Shown: positions 40,001 to 55,000 of the stretch, piece by piece
Position numbering within the stretch: position 1 is the first letter of the stretch
How the letters are laid out: every line of letters begins with the position of its first letter
Assembly: GCA_976226885.1 (NCBI GenBank)
Contig: OZ320316.1
Span: forward strand, 78,058,001 to 78,122,000
Reading direction: 5' to 3'
Source of the DNA: Iphione sp. A-MEVVRFRX5
Taxonomy: Eukaryota
Length of the DNA stretch: 64,000 nucleotides
Notes under the pieces: model-generated
Told to the model about the DNA's origin: nothing
Database searches by the model: none
The model's input: the letters and a program-made list of their open reading frames with translations, nothing else
Made by a program: the position numbers and the translations under genes

Positions 40001-43000
40001 AAGCATCTTAAGACGGCTCTTAAACCTACTGCTACTTGATGGCTGCTCTATCATGTCTGTCTCTTTCAGAGGATGGTGAGACTTATTGGACGGTAATAGG
40101 AGATGACTGGTCGTCACCGTTTGGTACGTTTTGTGGGAATGATTGAGCAGTGAACGATTGAATATGGTAACAACATGCCTGGCAAAGTGTAACGCACACA
40201 GATGTGTAATGTACATCATTTAGATACATGTATAGTTTAATTAGCATGTAGATTTATATGCACATCTGTGATATCTTTATATGTGAGACGTTCCATACTC
40301 GAAACTCCTATCTATATAAGGTGTTTGCAACTGAGCTTTTTTTCTGAAACGGAGTCCTTCTGTTAATTAGATCTACATGTATCTCTGTAATCCGTTGTGT
40401 GCAATGTATACGGGCATATGCACTCGCATACATATCTACTCCGATAAACTGACAACAGTTAAAAAGTGTTTGCTATATGTAGCTATTGTATACTCATCGT
40501 GATTTATTCTTTTATGTCCTGTGGTCACTCAAAATATCTTTCGTCCGTAAACGACAAAATCACTTGCTATATATTTATATGGTGGTAGTTTAACCCTTTC
40601 ATAGAAAAGTTGGGATTTTTTTCTTGATGTTTTATGGCAATCGTTGCTGGGCGTGCGTGAGGCCATGTCAAAGTGTGGTATGGAATGTCGAGAGAAACAG
40701 AGAGAGACAAGCAGACAGACAGCGACAGAGGCTGACAGACAATGGCAGACCAAGGCCGACAGACAAAGATAGACAGACAGACAAATTCAGACACAAAGAC
40801 AGAGAGGACCACTCAATTTCAGAGAAAAGGGAAGAGATATTACCAGGTGGATATGGAGAAACAAGCTGAAACAGTCTCTCAACTGAGCCACAACTAAATA
40901 CAGACAGTCGAATTACACCACAGTGACATGATAGGGCTATAAAGGGTCTTAAAATTTTTTTCCTTTGTAGTTTTGGTATTTTTCGGGGACAGGGGAATGT
41001 ATCTTAGAAGCAAATATTCACTCCACTTAATACGCCACTCCAGGGAAACTTCTTTGTGGACACAATACGGCTGCACTGTGTACATGTATACCATCAAGCC
41101 CTCCTTGCGTATTACGACGTGTTATCTAAACCTGTAGATATTATCAAAATATGCTTAAAATAACACCTTTATCAATTGACTGATTGGTTTTCCTGACATG
41201 TCACTTCCATTGGCCAAGCAGATTACCACTTGCACAGAGGGCAGGGAAAACTGTCTAGCATTGGGGTCAATGAGAAGGTCGAAATTCTGTGTTAATATTA
41301 TAGATAGAATTATTTCATTTTAACAGCATATAGGAGATGTATGAATCATGGTTCAGACCAACTTTATTTTTCCATCAAAGAGTAGCTAGGATACAAAGGC
41401 TCCAAAGTGAGGGTTTTAGCATTGCAAAGGCCTAGAAAACAATCAGCTTGTCTATGCTGGATACATGTGTCAGTGACGTTTTGCAGTTCGAGGAGTTATC
41501 ACCCCCAAAGCGATCGGTAAATACTAAAAGGGATTCACCCCTACCATTCCTGCGAAGAGTCCCCTACGCGAGGGCTTATTATCTTTCAGTTGTGATAATC
41601 TTTAAAATCCATTATTTTCGGGTGCAGAGTTCGCAATATTTCTCGCTGCAAAATGCCCCAAAACACGCGAAGCATCAAGATGTAACCGAAAGACACCAAA
41701 TATGACTGCATGCCATGGCGTGGCAAAGGCCTAGATGGCAAGATAGTACACTGCTCATTCATCTTCAGGTCCCAGCAGAGCAGAACTCCCCAGGGAAATT
41801 AGTGTGTGATTCTGCCTTCAGATGGAAGTGCGGTAGCTCGTTTCGTGTCTTTCATCTTCGCTAGGCGGAGCCAACGAGCACGGCGTGCCGTATCGGCGCG
41901 GTCAAATCTGGGCTAGTGAAGGCGACCCAGGTGGTGATGGCGGTGTTAGCGATGGTTTTGTGGCGGCGGCAGGAGGTGGTAGACAGGGGAGCGTTGTCGC
42001 CATGTATGAATCGGGCCGTTCGTCTATTTAATGAATGCAGTCGCTCCAGTGACCCTCTCGTATGATTCCACACAGGTCTCCCCCGTCCTCGTTCGCTTCG
42101 GGTCGCACTCTATTTGTAGTCCTCCTGGCCTCAGCATGTGTGTCTGGTAGGCAACCAACATTCGGTGAAATTTCACCTATCGTAGATAGGTCTTCATGTT
42201 CATCGAAATATAAATCGGTTGCACAAAAACTGAGGTTGAAAAACAGGCGCCCTCAGTAAAATCTTCAATTCGTATGGCTGCAAGACGCCTCTATTCACAT
42301 GCGCTTAATATTAATGGCAGACACTAGGTATGTTACCTACCAGCTATACCTATGTACATGTACATTCCCGTGCTGCAAAACAAATATATCATGCATCTCA
42401 CTGGGATTAGACAAGCACCAGACAAGCTCAGTTCGCAGTGTTACTGTGAAAAATTAATAGAGTCGCCATCTCCATTGTACATGCTATCAACTGAATAGAT
42501 TGCAGTCAGTCGTATTTAAGGCTGCAGACATCTGGTAGCCTATAAAATCTAAGGCAGAAGAGTTTGAGCTTTTATTTCTGGTGCGTATGTAACTAAAATC
42601 TTGATTGATGGCAGACAGCGCCACTCCCACAGGAATAATTCTGTACTGTCTCATGTAACATTTGGCAGTCTTGTTAATTTCTCCGGCTATTAAAGAAGGA
42701 GGGTGGGTTGGAATGATTGCAATTGTTAAACCAGCCATATAAGCAACTTTCGACACATTATGCTTCATTCCTGTCACACCTTGGCAGCCATTTAGACCTA
42801 TCAGCTCCCTGAAAAGTCCAGAAACACGAACAGAGAATTTTATCATAGTTCCTGGTTTCCGATTCGACAAAGATGTCACCAGTTTAGAAATGCCCTAGCA
42901 CTTTTCATGTACATGTATGTTCCCAGATGTTATCTTCGTGGCAAACAGGTTGTGCCCTGACTGGAGCAGTGTAAATATCATTTAGGAAGAATGTACTAAC

Positions 43001-46000
43001 TGACAATGTTGACTCTTAATTCGGACACATAAGAGATTCTAGGGGACTAGCTCTTCAGCCAAGAGCCCCATTTCTAACAGGGGTTAATGGTGGAAGAGGA
43101 TCAGCAAACAGTGGGACAGCAGTACCTGTTGTCGAAAGGGTCGCGACTCCATGCGGATCAGACGAGTCAATATTGGACCGTACCGGTGCCTCGTAAGTGT
43201 GGAAGGGCGACTCTTGGCGGCATATATTTCCGACAAGAAAAAAAACCCTATGCTGCCATCAAATTTGGCTTTAAACTGCTCACACAGCCAATGTTGATAT
43301 TAGAGTAAAAGTACTTCAACATCAGTAAATAAAAACTACCGGAGGTAAACAAAGTCTATGTAGCTGTAATAAGCGCATCTTGTAAAGCGGTACCTATTTC
43401 TCAAAATGCTGTATCTGCTATCGACGACATATGGGAACTGACCATTGTTTACAACAGAATACAGCATACATTGTTGTGATAAACAAGTCTAGGTGAGGAA
43501 TACTACGTACATAGGCCTATTTCTTGACCCAAATTGTGCATTTAGATATGCATATGGAGGTACATATTTATGCATGACTGAATTTACTGACCCATCTCCC
43601 GGACACGGCAACGGGAATGTTAATGGAGAGTTGGTAACGAAGGTCTGTACTGGAACCAACGAAAATAACCATCCTATTAGTGTGTGGTCTAGGTTTTCTC
43701 GGAAATCCTTTCAGAGATACACACCAAAAACCATTACATGTACATGTATTTACATTTATTTTACATATATTTTAATTTGAAGGTATCCGTCTTCAATCTC
43801 TTTAGGAATATTGATACAGTTACACATATATAATATAATACAAAAATAAGATTACTAGGAAGAATAAAGTGCGATCTAAAGCAAGAAGAGAGGACCTAAC
43901 TTTACAAATCACTTAAACTCACTCACACATGGTAAATACTGCGCACCATTCCTGACCAATATGCCTAGTGGTAAAATCACAAACCTCCAAATCTTGAACT
44001 TGTGCCTCAAATAGTACCTAATAATTAACTGATTTCATAAGTCCACTAGTAAGAAGGGATCGATGGTAGCCCACAATATCCTTACGATTGACCAGTTGAT
44101 CAAAACCTATGTATTGGAATGATGGTAGCCAAGGGAATAATGAAAGTCAATACTTCTACAGCCTAGAGGTTCAACTTGTAGAAGGGCATACATGTACTAT
44201 ATCAGATATACAGGCGGTTTAACACACTGGGCATTTTATGATGGAAAAAAGGTGCTGGATGGCATGAGATCTAAAACAGAACAGGACACATTTTAAGTGT
44301 TAGTTTAAAAACGTTCTGTTGATTGCTAACGATTTTGAACATGTGATGTATTTATGTAAATCTTAATAGATTGTATGCTAGTAAGTGGAGACTACTAGTA
44401 ATGAAAACCAAAAAAAAAATGTATTATAAATAATTATCTTTTTTTCAAAATCAACTTGGTACATACTCTTCTACAGAGTGCAAAAAAATACATGCTGTTT
44501 ATAAGAAAAGACTCAACACTAATTTTATGAACCTTATATACAGTCAAACCTCGGTACTTTCAACCTTTCTGGTTGTCAGAATTTTGCACTGAATCATCTG
44601 AAATATATGGGAATGATAAATCTACATCATATATAATAAATACTGAAAGGATTTAAAATGTTGAGCACCCCACGTAACGATGTTTGACTGTATATCCTAA
44701 ACATAAACAAATATGTGTATATGTATGCAGATGATACATGAACAGGTCCATGCTCCTTCAATACCACAGACTTTCAAGTCCACCGAGGTTGCTTGCCTTA
44801 AGTAGAAGGTTGATCAACTTACAGATCGCTGCGCGCTGCAAATAATTTTCGGTTTTAAAAACATGTGGTCCCTTCTGCTATTATAAAACGTTGAAATAAT
44901 TTTATCTGGGTGGCAGTTCAACACAACTATACGCCCAGTAGCCCTACAATGCAAAACATTACATGTACATGTGCGTGTATATTAGCTCCACATAAGAAAT
45001 CCTTCTTGCATTTTCATCTTAAGCAGTAAGTTCATGTAGGTCTACGTGTTTTTCTGTCCGTAAATATGTATACATGTAAACGTGCATATATGTATATATC
45101 TGAGACACTTCCCTGATGACATCATCTTTTACAGGTATCCTTATTGTCACTGCAATGGGAGTGGCACTGGGTTTGGTCATCGGTGTCATCATGCTTACAA
45201 GTGTCCTCTTCTGTTTGAAAAGGTAAATAACATTTTCCGAGTTTTTTTTTACATAAATGTTACTTTCAAAGCATTTCAATATGATAAAGGAAAGGTTCTA
45301 AAACATTTTACTGAAGATGCATCCCTGCCTATTCACACTCTATCATGGCGCTCTATTTTAGAATGAAAATATGGTAAAAGGCGCCCCAGGCTTGAAAAAC
45401 AGTCCAAATACTCCTTTTCTAAATGCTATTAACTCTATAATGCCCCGGGAGTATATGCTTTAATTCGAAATGCCAGATGGCCACCAAAGTGGACGCCTTG
45501 TTTGACCTTTACTTAATTCTCTGATAATAGAGCCCTTTGCTCGTAATCCTACTAGCAACAACAGCTGGCCATTTGGTGTGAACGATGGCTCGAAACTGCC
45601 ACTGGGTGGTTATAGAAGAACATTCTTCTAAGCTCAGATCCAACGAAAACAAAAACAAGTTGCTATGACTTTCATTCACACGAAGCCTTATATTTTATTT
45701 CAAGATTTTATTTAACCCAATTGGTTGGACGGACAGAATGAGAATTTCACATTTGAAGTGAAGCAGAGTAGTTCAGGTCCAAACTCTATTCATACACATT
45801 TTTAGTGTAGGCTGCATCTGCGCAGGAAACGACCGTCGCCTTTTCAATACACGGTGGGTGTGTACCGATGTGCGTGCGTACGTATGCGACAAGCATGTTG
45901 TGTGTTTCGCGGGGAGAACTGACCATGTTCATTTTATCACGCAATAAGCTATGAAACAGATCTGAGGACGAGAGACGAGAATACAGTTGAAATTGAGATA

Positions 46001-49000
46001 CATAGGAAATATACACTATATTATATATGAAATTATGTTTTCCGTTTTGAAACACAGCTATGTAAAAATGTATGGAAGTCAGATAATTTTACATTGTTTC
46101 AAAGAAATTCGTATACAAATTTGGCACGGTTAGCAGAATCTGCCCTTTTTCAAAGAATTTGTTCGAAACTGTCACAAAATTAGCAGAACTTTCTCGAAGG
46201 GTGTATACATACATAAATATGCATGTGTATAGTTTATCCGTAATAAACAGTTGTTTATGCATGTATAAAGGATACAAACATGTCTTTGTAAGCACCTCAT
46301 CACATGTCGAGTTAATACATGCATCAAGCAGATGTGCGTAATTGGTATGAGGCCAGAGTCACCATTTATCCATATTGGGATGCTTGAATACTGTACAAGC
46401 GCCTTCGGCGCCTGCACTGGCCAGGTAGTGACCACTCTGTACTTTGACCCCGCCCCCATGTTTCATGTTCCAACTTCCACCCTAACAGGTCAAAGTCCAG
46501 ACTGTCATGCATACTTACAACCCTCGCTTCTGCTTGAGTGAACAGAGGGCAACTAACAAAGAGACATTCCTACTCATTTCTGAAAAAGTAGGGCCACATT
46601 TGGCATATGTTTTCATAAGTAATGTATATTTTTACACAGAATATGTATCAATTAGTACATGTATTGTCCTTAATGTCATGTCTAAATATTATATTAATAA
46701 AATAAAGTATCTTTGTAAAATCACACTACCATGAGAACAGACCTCCATGGCTGTACTTTTTTCAGGTAACATTTTATATAGGTAGTGTAACAAGCACCTT
46801 CAGCGCTATTTCGTGTATAAACAATGGGGGGAAGTGGAGAGGAGGTGAGGGAAGGGGTTAAAGTACAGACTGCAGTGCATTTGTTTAAGTTTACAACCTT
46901 CGTTCTGCTTGACTGGATACACATGGGTGCAGGAATACATGTAGCTGAAAAAGTAGGGCCATTTTTTGTATGTTTCCTGTATAATGTCTTTGTGGTAGAA
47001 AATATATGCAGTATTCTATGAATATAAAAGCTATTAGCATTAACATATGAGAGAATGGAAATAATACCACTTGAGATATGTCTCACACTGATTAGAGCTT
47101 TTCCCCATGGCCGGACTACTTTCAGGCAACATTTTATATAGGTAGTGTAACCATGAATTGCATGTAGCTTTTTTCTTCACAACGTCCACAGGAATTTGGC
47201 TAGCTTGAATGATCACAGTGTACCACTGAGCTGAAGGCTCATTATAATATATGTATGGATGTCTATATGGCTGTTCGGATGACTGTGCACTAACTAATAA
47301 AACAAATAACGAAGAGACAAAGAAACTACTGTAAAGCGTACACTTGTGTACACCGTACGTCTATATCTATAATAGAACCCTAGTCTCATAGGGTTCGTGC
47401 CACAGGAACTTAATGTATACACCCAGTGCGGGATAAATCGTGGGTCTGTTTGTGACCTCGATGCGTATGTCTGGCGTCTCACCTGACAGTGACTGAGGAT
47501 AAAATTGGCCATGCTTGACTACCACCTACACAAGCTCCCTGTCACGTGCTCCAACCGTCAGTATGTATCTGAACGGCTAGTCATGCAACTTGTTTCCGTT
47601 TAATCGCCGGGATTGGTAGAAGTTGTTTCGAATATATTTTTTCGCAACATTTGTTTTAATTACCTTCAATTTCTCATGGTGTAGATTGATGTATACACGA
47701 CTTGTCCATTAGCGTCCCTCTTGTCTTACTTTTTCAATTTTCAGCTAATGTTATACTTATACATTTGTGGGGTAGACTGATGTTGTGAAATCTATTAGGA
47801 CAAATCTTTAAATACAACAAGTGAACAATACAGCTAATATTAATAATTTTCACAAAGACGCATAGGCAAAGTATACTATCAATGCTGGTACAAAGCGTAC
47901 CTAATTGTTCGCTTTCAATGAGAACATGTACATTGCATCATCCACTTAATCTAGTTTACCTTACTACACTGTAGGCTATTGTTGAAACCTTCCGCCGTGG
48001 AAGTAATGAGTGAAGAGAGAGACATGAAAATGCCATTTGTTACAATAGGCACACTCCACTACAATGTATATAGACTCATAAACTTTTGGTCGTTGAGGCC
48101 TGCTCTCGAGTTGAAGCGGGATCCAGTGTCGATACTGGCAAACCATACCCTTTCCGTGACCGATCATGGGGGGGGGGGGGCAGTCAGACAGGGATGGTCT
48201 ACATAATGACGGGACGCTATGCGGGGTCGGCAAAATTACCTCAGGTCCCGCTGCATACCAATGGGTCGGCCTGGGAGAAGTGCGATGGGCGCAGGCGGAG
48301 GTGGGGAGGGAGGGGGTATGTAGGAGGGTTACTTTTCCAGGCTAGTACTGCATCGGTTTTACAATGATCAGCCAGCAGATGCAGGTCGGCTTAATACAGG
48401 CAAACCAACCAGCAATCTTCTACCCCCATCACACCCCTCACACACACCAAAATGTCTGATTGCCCGCTACGCTTCAAGTGGCAACAACAATGTGGGGTCT
48501 TTGTGATTACGACTTTGAAGGACAAAGGTCTGTTTAGGAGACTGCTTAGCAAACTGGTTTATTCTGGTCCGGGACGCTTCCTCGATACATCAACCAGGAT
48601 TTTCAGGCGGGTCTGTTAATTCATCGGAGGTCACTTTGTAAAAAATTAAATGGTCAATAGATGTCTGTCTAAAACGTATCTATTTATATACAGTGTTGTG
48701 TGTGTGCATCAAGACGCGAGAAAATCCATTTCCCTTAGTGCTAAATTTAAAAGACAAGGTTGTTAATATGAGACAAGCCGACAGGGGGCAAAACATTCAC
48801 GACATTTCATCTCTCGACAACTTATGCATGTGCATTGTTCATGTATTGCTTTTACAGTTTGCATGCATAACGAGAGAGAAAGTGGGAGGGATTGAGAAGA
48901 AAACAGGGAGGGGGAAAGGAAGGAGAGAAAGAGAGGGAGAGGAAGTCTGTCGATAAATAATGATTGATAAAGTGCACCGTCGATGAAAAGTCATGCCGGG

Positions 49001-52000
49001 AAAAAAACGCTCGATTGTACAGTGTCCGTCGATAAAATGTCGTAGACCCATTTTTTATGTAGGCCAAGCGGCCATGTGGCCGTGTTTTAGGCTTGTAGGC
49101 ATGTTTGCATGACCCCCCAGAAAACTTCCTGGCTACGGGCCTGCATACTTCAGAGTATCATCTGAGATAGGACCACCTGATCAACAGCCCACCAAAGCGC
49201 CAGCCATTCAAAGCAGACAGAAATAAGATTAAAATAGAAGAATCAGAGCAAATGACAATCTAACCCACCGGGGAGGTAGAGGTTGGCAGATGTACGCCTG
49301 TGTGCTGCAATGCCCTAAAGTCAGCATTATACATGTACATGTATTTAACTGGCAAGCTCATATAATCTTCTAACTTCCATCCCACCACAACACACTAGGT
49401 GTCCCTCGGAGACTTCAAAACCATGAAGCTCTAAAGAATACATGAGAAACTTATTGCTGAATATCATTCAGATAAAACAACTCAAAATTCTTAGCATGGC
49501 CCCACATGTCCTTCTTTGTGATTTCAGACAACACCAGACCAAGCCATCACCTCCTTGGACCACCTAGCTAGAGTAGAAGTAGAAACCAAGAAAACGGAAA
49601 AAGCAAGAAAATGGCATTTTCCCCCTGTGCCCTGAAAGCCTGAGTAGTGGAAATTTAATCTCTCAAATAAGTAACAACACACAAAGCAGGATCAGAAGAG
49701 GCTGGAATCTTGAGTTTTGAGGCTGACTTGCCATTCTGAGATTGTTTAAATGTCTTGGTAAAAGAAATCTAGACTTAACTATCCTTCAAATCATGGATAT
49801 TTGTCAACGGGATATTGTAAATGGTCTGTATCCTGCCAGAAGTAGCTAACAGAGGCAATATGTTGCACTTTAGAGTCAACTGTTTAAGGCGTAAGGAAGC
49901 AGCAAGATGCCAAGACTTAAGGAAATTCAGTACAGACCGAACATCCAATGTATGGTCTACCATAGCAACATGTAGATTGACATTGAAAAAACTGTAAACA
50001 GCTTATCGACATCAGGATGCTTACCAAAATCGAAGCCCTCAAACTTGAGGGAGCACCACAAACAAGGCATTTCTGGCTGTATCGAAGGCACTGTGCCCAA
50101 TTCATGACTCATAGAGCTGCATGACAAAAGCCATTCCCTGGTTCACGGTAGGATTCAAAAGGTCATAATTCCTCCTGCAGCACAAGGCATCCAGCCTTCT
50201 TAGATATGAATCATACATCAACATGGTTTTGGGCTTCCAGGAATCAAGCTTATAACAGCCCTCATAAACCCCATCGGATCTTTTTCAGCCAAGAGAGCTT
50301 TCAAAAAAGAACTGCCATAAGCTTTCTAACCCAAAGATGTGATGGATCCCCCCCCTGTAGTCCAAGATGTTGAATCTGCTCTTCTTGAAGACCAGAGGAG
50401 GCTGGGAGGACAATTGAAGCAGCCTACTGTATCAAACCCTGTGTAGCCTTATGGGAACCATCAGGACAGCTCTGGGCCTATCTAACATTGGCTTGGCCAG
50501 AACCCTAGGAATGAGAGGAAAAGGAGTAGGGCAAATATAAGTAGGGTAAAGAAAGCAAGTTTCATTGAACAGAAAAAGTATCTGTAGCGGTAGTGGAACA
50601 CACCAACACAACACAGTGATTAAGTTTAAGTTGTTTTTAATGTCCCAACGTTTCGAACAATCTGTAGTTCTTCTTCAGGGGTCAAAAAGTATCTATATAG
50701 GAGGCAGAGGGATCAGGAAACCAGCTGAAATAGACAGACAATTTATAATTTAGCCTAGAGGCAAACAAGTCCACATCAGGCTGACCTCAGAAATTAACAA
50801 TAGCCTGGAAAAAAAGGGATTGACTACTCCAAATTATTTTGGAAATGTCTAGAGGCAAATTCAGCAGACATATTCTAAATCCCAGGAATATGGAAGGCAG
50901 AAACAAAAGCAGGCCTCTGCTCCAAGCAAAAACTTTTTTTTCAGTTCACATGTCTAGCAATAGCTGATTTTGAACCTCCCATTCTATTGACATAAGAAAT
51001 GGCTGTAGCATCATCAGAACAAAGTTTAACATGAAAGTTAGTAGAACGTTTGGAAAAAAAACACTTAAGAGCTAAGTAAACAATCCTAATTTCCAAACAG
51101 TTCATGTGCATATCAACTTTATGAGGCAAACATCTACCTCCAATGCTGGCATGATCCATATGGGTACCCAACCCAAACTCAGAAGCATCCGAGTAAAGAA
51201 TGTGAGGCAAAATAAGAGGCAAAAATGACACAGAAACTAAGGGCAAATTCTCCTGCCACCACTAAGGGTCACTCTTGGCAGCTTCAGCAAGACACATTCA
51301 CCCCTCATAGCCAGCAGGTCCAGCCTGGAAAAGAACCCATAACTTATTGGATTCCAGCCTCCTTAAATTATTTTTACCATAAGCTGAAGCCCTTGTAAGG
51401 ACAACCAACTTCCCAAGGACAGATGCCACATTTCTCATTGTATGTACATCCCCTGACAAAACAGTACCAATATTTTCAAAACCTTAACAACTGGGTAGGG
51501 TTCAAGGAATACTTCTCATGGTTAATAACTCCTGCCTCCCTAAAATGAGCCATGATCTTGGTGAAAATCTTATGGGCAGAACATCATACTCGAAGACCTA
51601 TTCCTGTCATCTAATGTAGAGGAACTTTCTGCAATGACTCCAAAATGACATTTTATGATAGGCATCCTATAAATCAATGGATGCCATATAGTATCCAGGG
51701 GTATTCAAAGAAAGAGCAGACTCAAATGTTTCCATTTTAAAATGCCTGTAAAAATAAGCCCTCTCAGGGACAGACTCAAGAAATGGACTGGAGATTTGAA
51801 AGTTTGGTCTTAACATATGACACCTCCTCCTCTGAAAAATTAATTGGCCTAGTGCTGAATGGCTGAAAAGGTCGTCCTTTAGATCAAGATGATCTGCAAC
51901 ACCTCTGCATTAGAGGTGAGAATTGCCTACTGCTTCCTATAGTATACATAGTATATAGTTGCCAGCCAGGATACTTGCTTTCCTCACCTGTGCAGACTGA

Positions 52001-55000
52001 GGGTGAGCTTGAGACTGCTGCTGCTCCTGAGTTGGCTGGGAACCTGGGCCTGATAGGCTATGGGGAGATGTCCCTGAACTACAGGAGAGCACTAGAGAGA
52101 CTCATAACCTTGGGTATGTTGGTAAATGAAGCTACTCCTGACTCTGGATTGGAATCTACCTCCTCCTCTGACCCTGACCCTGAGGAAAAAAGGCTTCTGT
52201 GCCTGAGGAGTCTGCATTTTCTTGAAATCCATGATAGCTACTAGTCTAGAGTTCTGCTGAACTACTTAGGCACTATCCATCAAGATATCACCAAACAATC
52301 ACTGGGCTGTTTGGAGACAATCTTCTGACACAATTTTCCTGAATTCTGGTGCCAATGCACGCTTAGCCTCCTCTCTCCTCAGCTTTATTATAGATTGGAC
52401 TGCTGAACCAGACAAGATGATGCAATCTGAGAGAACTTTAGACAAATTTGGAAGCTAGTCACAATCCTTGGCCTCAGTTCTGGGGTGGACCTCTTTTAAA
52501 GCCCTGAAGGCAGCAGTAAGGAACCCTCAGGAAATCGCTGCAAAGTCTTCTCCATGTCCTTCCCCTCCTTGGAATGTGCATTCCGAAGAGGCTCATTAAG
52601 TGGGCAAAGCCCAAAGCCATTCATTATCAGAAGGCATAGGATGGCTCTTCCTGAAACCAGACAAGAGATAAGGCTGCATGGGTCTAAGGGACAGAGAAGA
52701 AAACTTAGATATCAAGGTGTCCAAAGATGTCCCCAGCTTTGCTTCAACAGACATTTGCACCTTAGTGGCCCTCAAAGAACCAGGGTCCTCCTCAGACCCT
52801 TCAGGCCTGAGCTCACCCTCTTCTATCTCCTCCAAGTCATGAGCAGACCTATGCTTAGACCCTACCTCTCAAGCTCCTGGACATCTAGTAATATATTGAA
52901 CCATGCACAGGGCATCAATGAGCTCGACCAGCCCTTGCCCAGAGGTGATTCAGCCACTGTTCAACTATCACGCATGGTCTCCTCAGCCCTAAGGCACATG
53001 CATGGCCACCTCAGCAAGCACTAAATCATCCACTAACTTATGCTTTTTGCAGGACACACTAACATGCTTCTTGTTACTCTTATCAATATTGGTGGCTAGG
53101 GCCAACAATGAGAACTCCTGCATAGACATAGTACATGGACATAACTACAGGGTATACCAGCCCCTACCATCTGGCAAAAAAAATGGCATCCATAACACAC
53201 ACAATTTGAATTTTATCACCTCAACGTTAGTCCAGCATTCCAGAGATTGTCCAAAACTCTTGCCATGCAATACAAATGTGTACTTAGCGACTGTATTGCC
53301 CAGGACCAAATGTGAACACAGCACTTCATGGTCACTGTTGTTAGCAACCCTGACATGGTGAGCATTTTAAAAAGCCCATAACCATACATCATGCTTTTGT
53401 GTACGATCCTTGTGAGCTCATATGGCTATGGCATAATCATGTTGTCTCAGTCTCTGACTACAAGTGTACCTGCCCAAAACTGATATAAGCATCCTGGAGA
53501 CGACAGGCTTCATAATGAGGAACTCCTCTGATCTGACAGACACACTGCATTTCCACCAGAGGCAGGTCAGAGCATGTTACATTGGCTTAGGCTTGAGTCG
53601 CCAGCAGCTGTATCAAAGACTCTCAACGCCAATGAAGAGCTGCCATATAAACTACCATCATCCAGTAGGCTGCAAGCGTCTAGCTAAAGAAGTGCTGGGA
53701 GATATTATACCATCTGTAGCTCCTTGGAATAAAGGTTACAAACACTATATCCCACCTCTCATTTTCATATCACACTAATCACCAGAGTTGTAATAACAGC
53801 TTTTGTCCGTCATCTAAGAATATAAGTAGGACATTTAAAAGTTTGTAATTAAAATGTTTCCACCACAGAACATCATCAGTAGTGGCATGGTCCGAGTTGA
53901 AAGATAGCAACAAATATCCATAAACATGTACATGTATAATCTTAAGTTAATACAGCAGGATCCTGTGAAAAGATATTAGTAGTTGGCGCACTTGGGGGTG
54001 GAACTGCAAGACATGGATGCCAACTATGGCTCCTTGAGGCTGTAACGATGCCAGGATGAGATCATTAAGGAAAAAACTTATCTGGCATCTTGCCCGCCTG
54101 AAGCAGGTAACGGGGACCTTTGACGATCCAGTCACCCAGAAGTCCTTAAATACCTACTTGGATGTACAATAGCCTTGAGATGCCATCAAAAATGTCAAGC
54201 CTTTGTGAACTGTTTCAACAAGTATAAAGCTACCAGATAAGGAAGGAAAGATTAAAGATGACAGAAACCAGGCTAGTTTTGTCTCAAAAGATGACATCCC
54301 TTTGAATACCCTAGCCACATGGACAGTGGCAGGAAATCATCTTCAGATTACTCTCATCCTAGAGGAATTTAGGTCAGTGGATGCTGATTTAATTGTTCAC
54401 AACATGTATGATTGCAAATAGGAACAACACCATTCCAGCCACTCGTCTGATCAGGATGGAAAGGATAACCCATCATCTCAGGGCATATCCTCTAACACTG
54501 ATGAGGAGGATTCGAGAACGCTGTTAATAAACACCATCTGTTCCAGATGATTACAATGTATTCAAAAGTTCCTGATCTTCCTTAGAGGTAGAATCGGTGA
54601 TTGTGGCCTTCTTATGAAACCTTCCAGTACACAAATGTATATTGCGGCCTGTGACTCTACGTATAGACTTGTTTATAAAACATATTTGGTGGAATTTTAT
54701 TTTTCAAAATAGGCAATTTTAAGTCTTCGATGATTTTTTTATTAAGGAGATTCATATCCTCCCCGAAATCCTCTCCATTCTCTTTCGAATCCATACAAAG
54801 ATACATGCATGTCATGGTTGTAAGTAAAGCTATCGCCAATACCATCAAGACCCCTATCGTGATCAATCAGTACAAACTGGCGAGTGACGTGAACGCAAAA
54901 ATAGATAACCAATAATACGTGGTCCTTATTTGTCATGCATTAAAAACGAAAAAAATATAATGTACTTGTTCACATAGGCGAAAATCTCTCGGCTGGTGTA

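Noticed and set aside
52554-53778. Plus-strand ORFs of 104-156 aa
   Set aside because: They are antisense to DIRS ORF1 and have no recognisable protein features.
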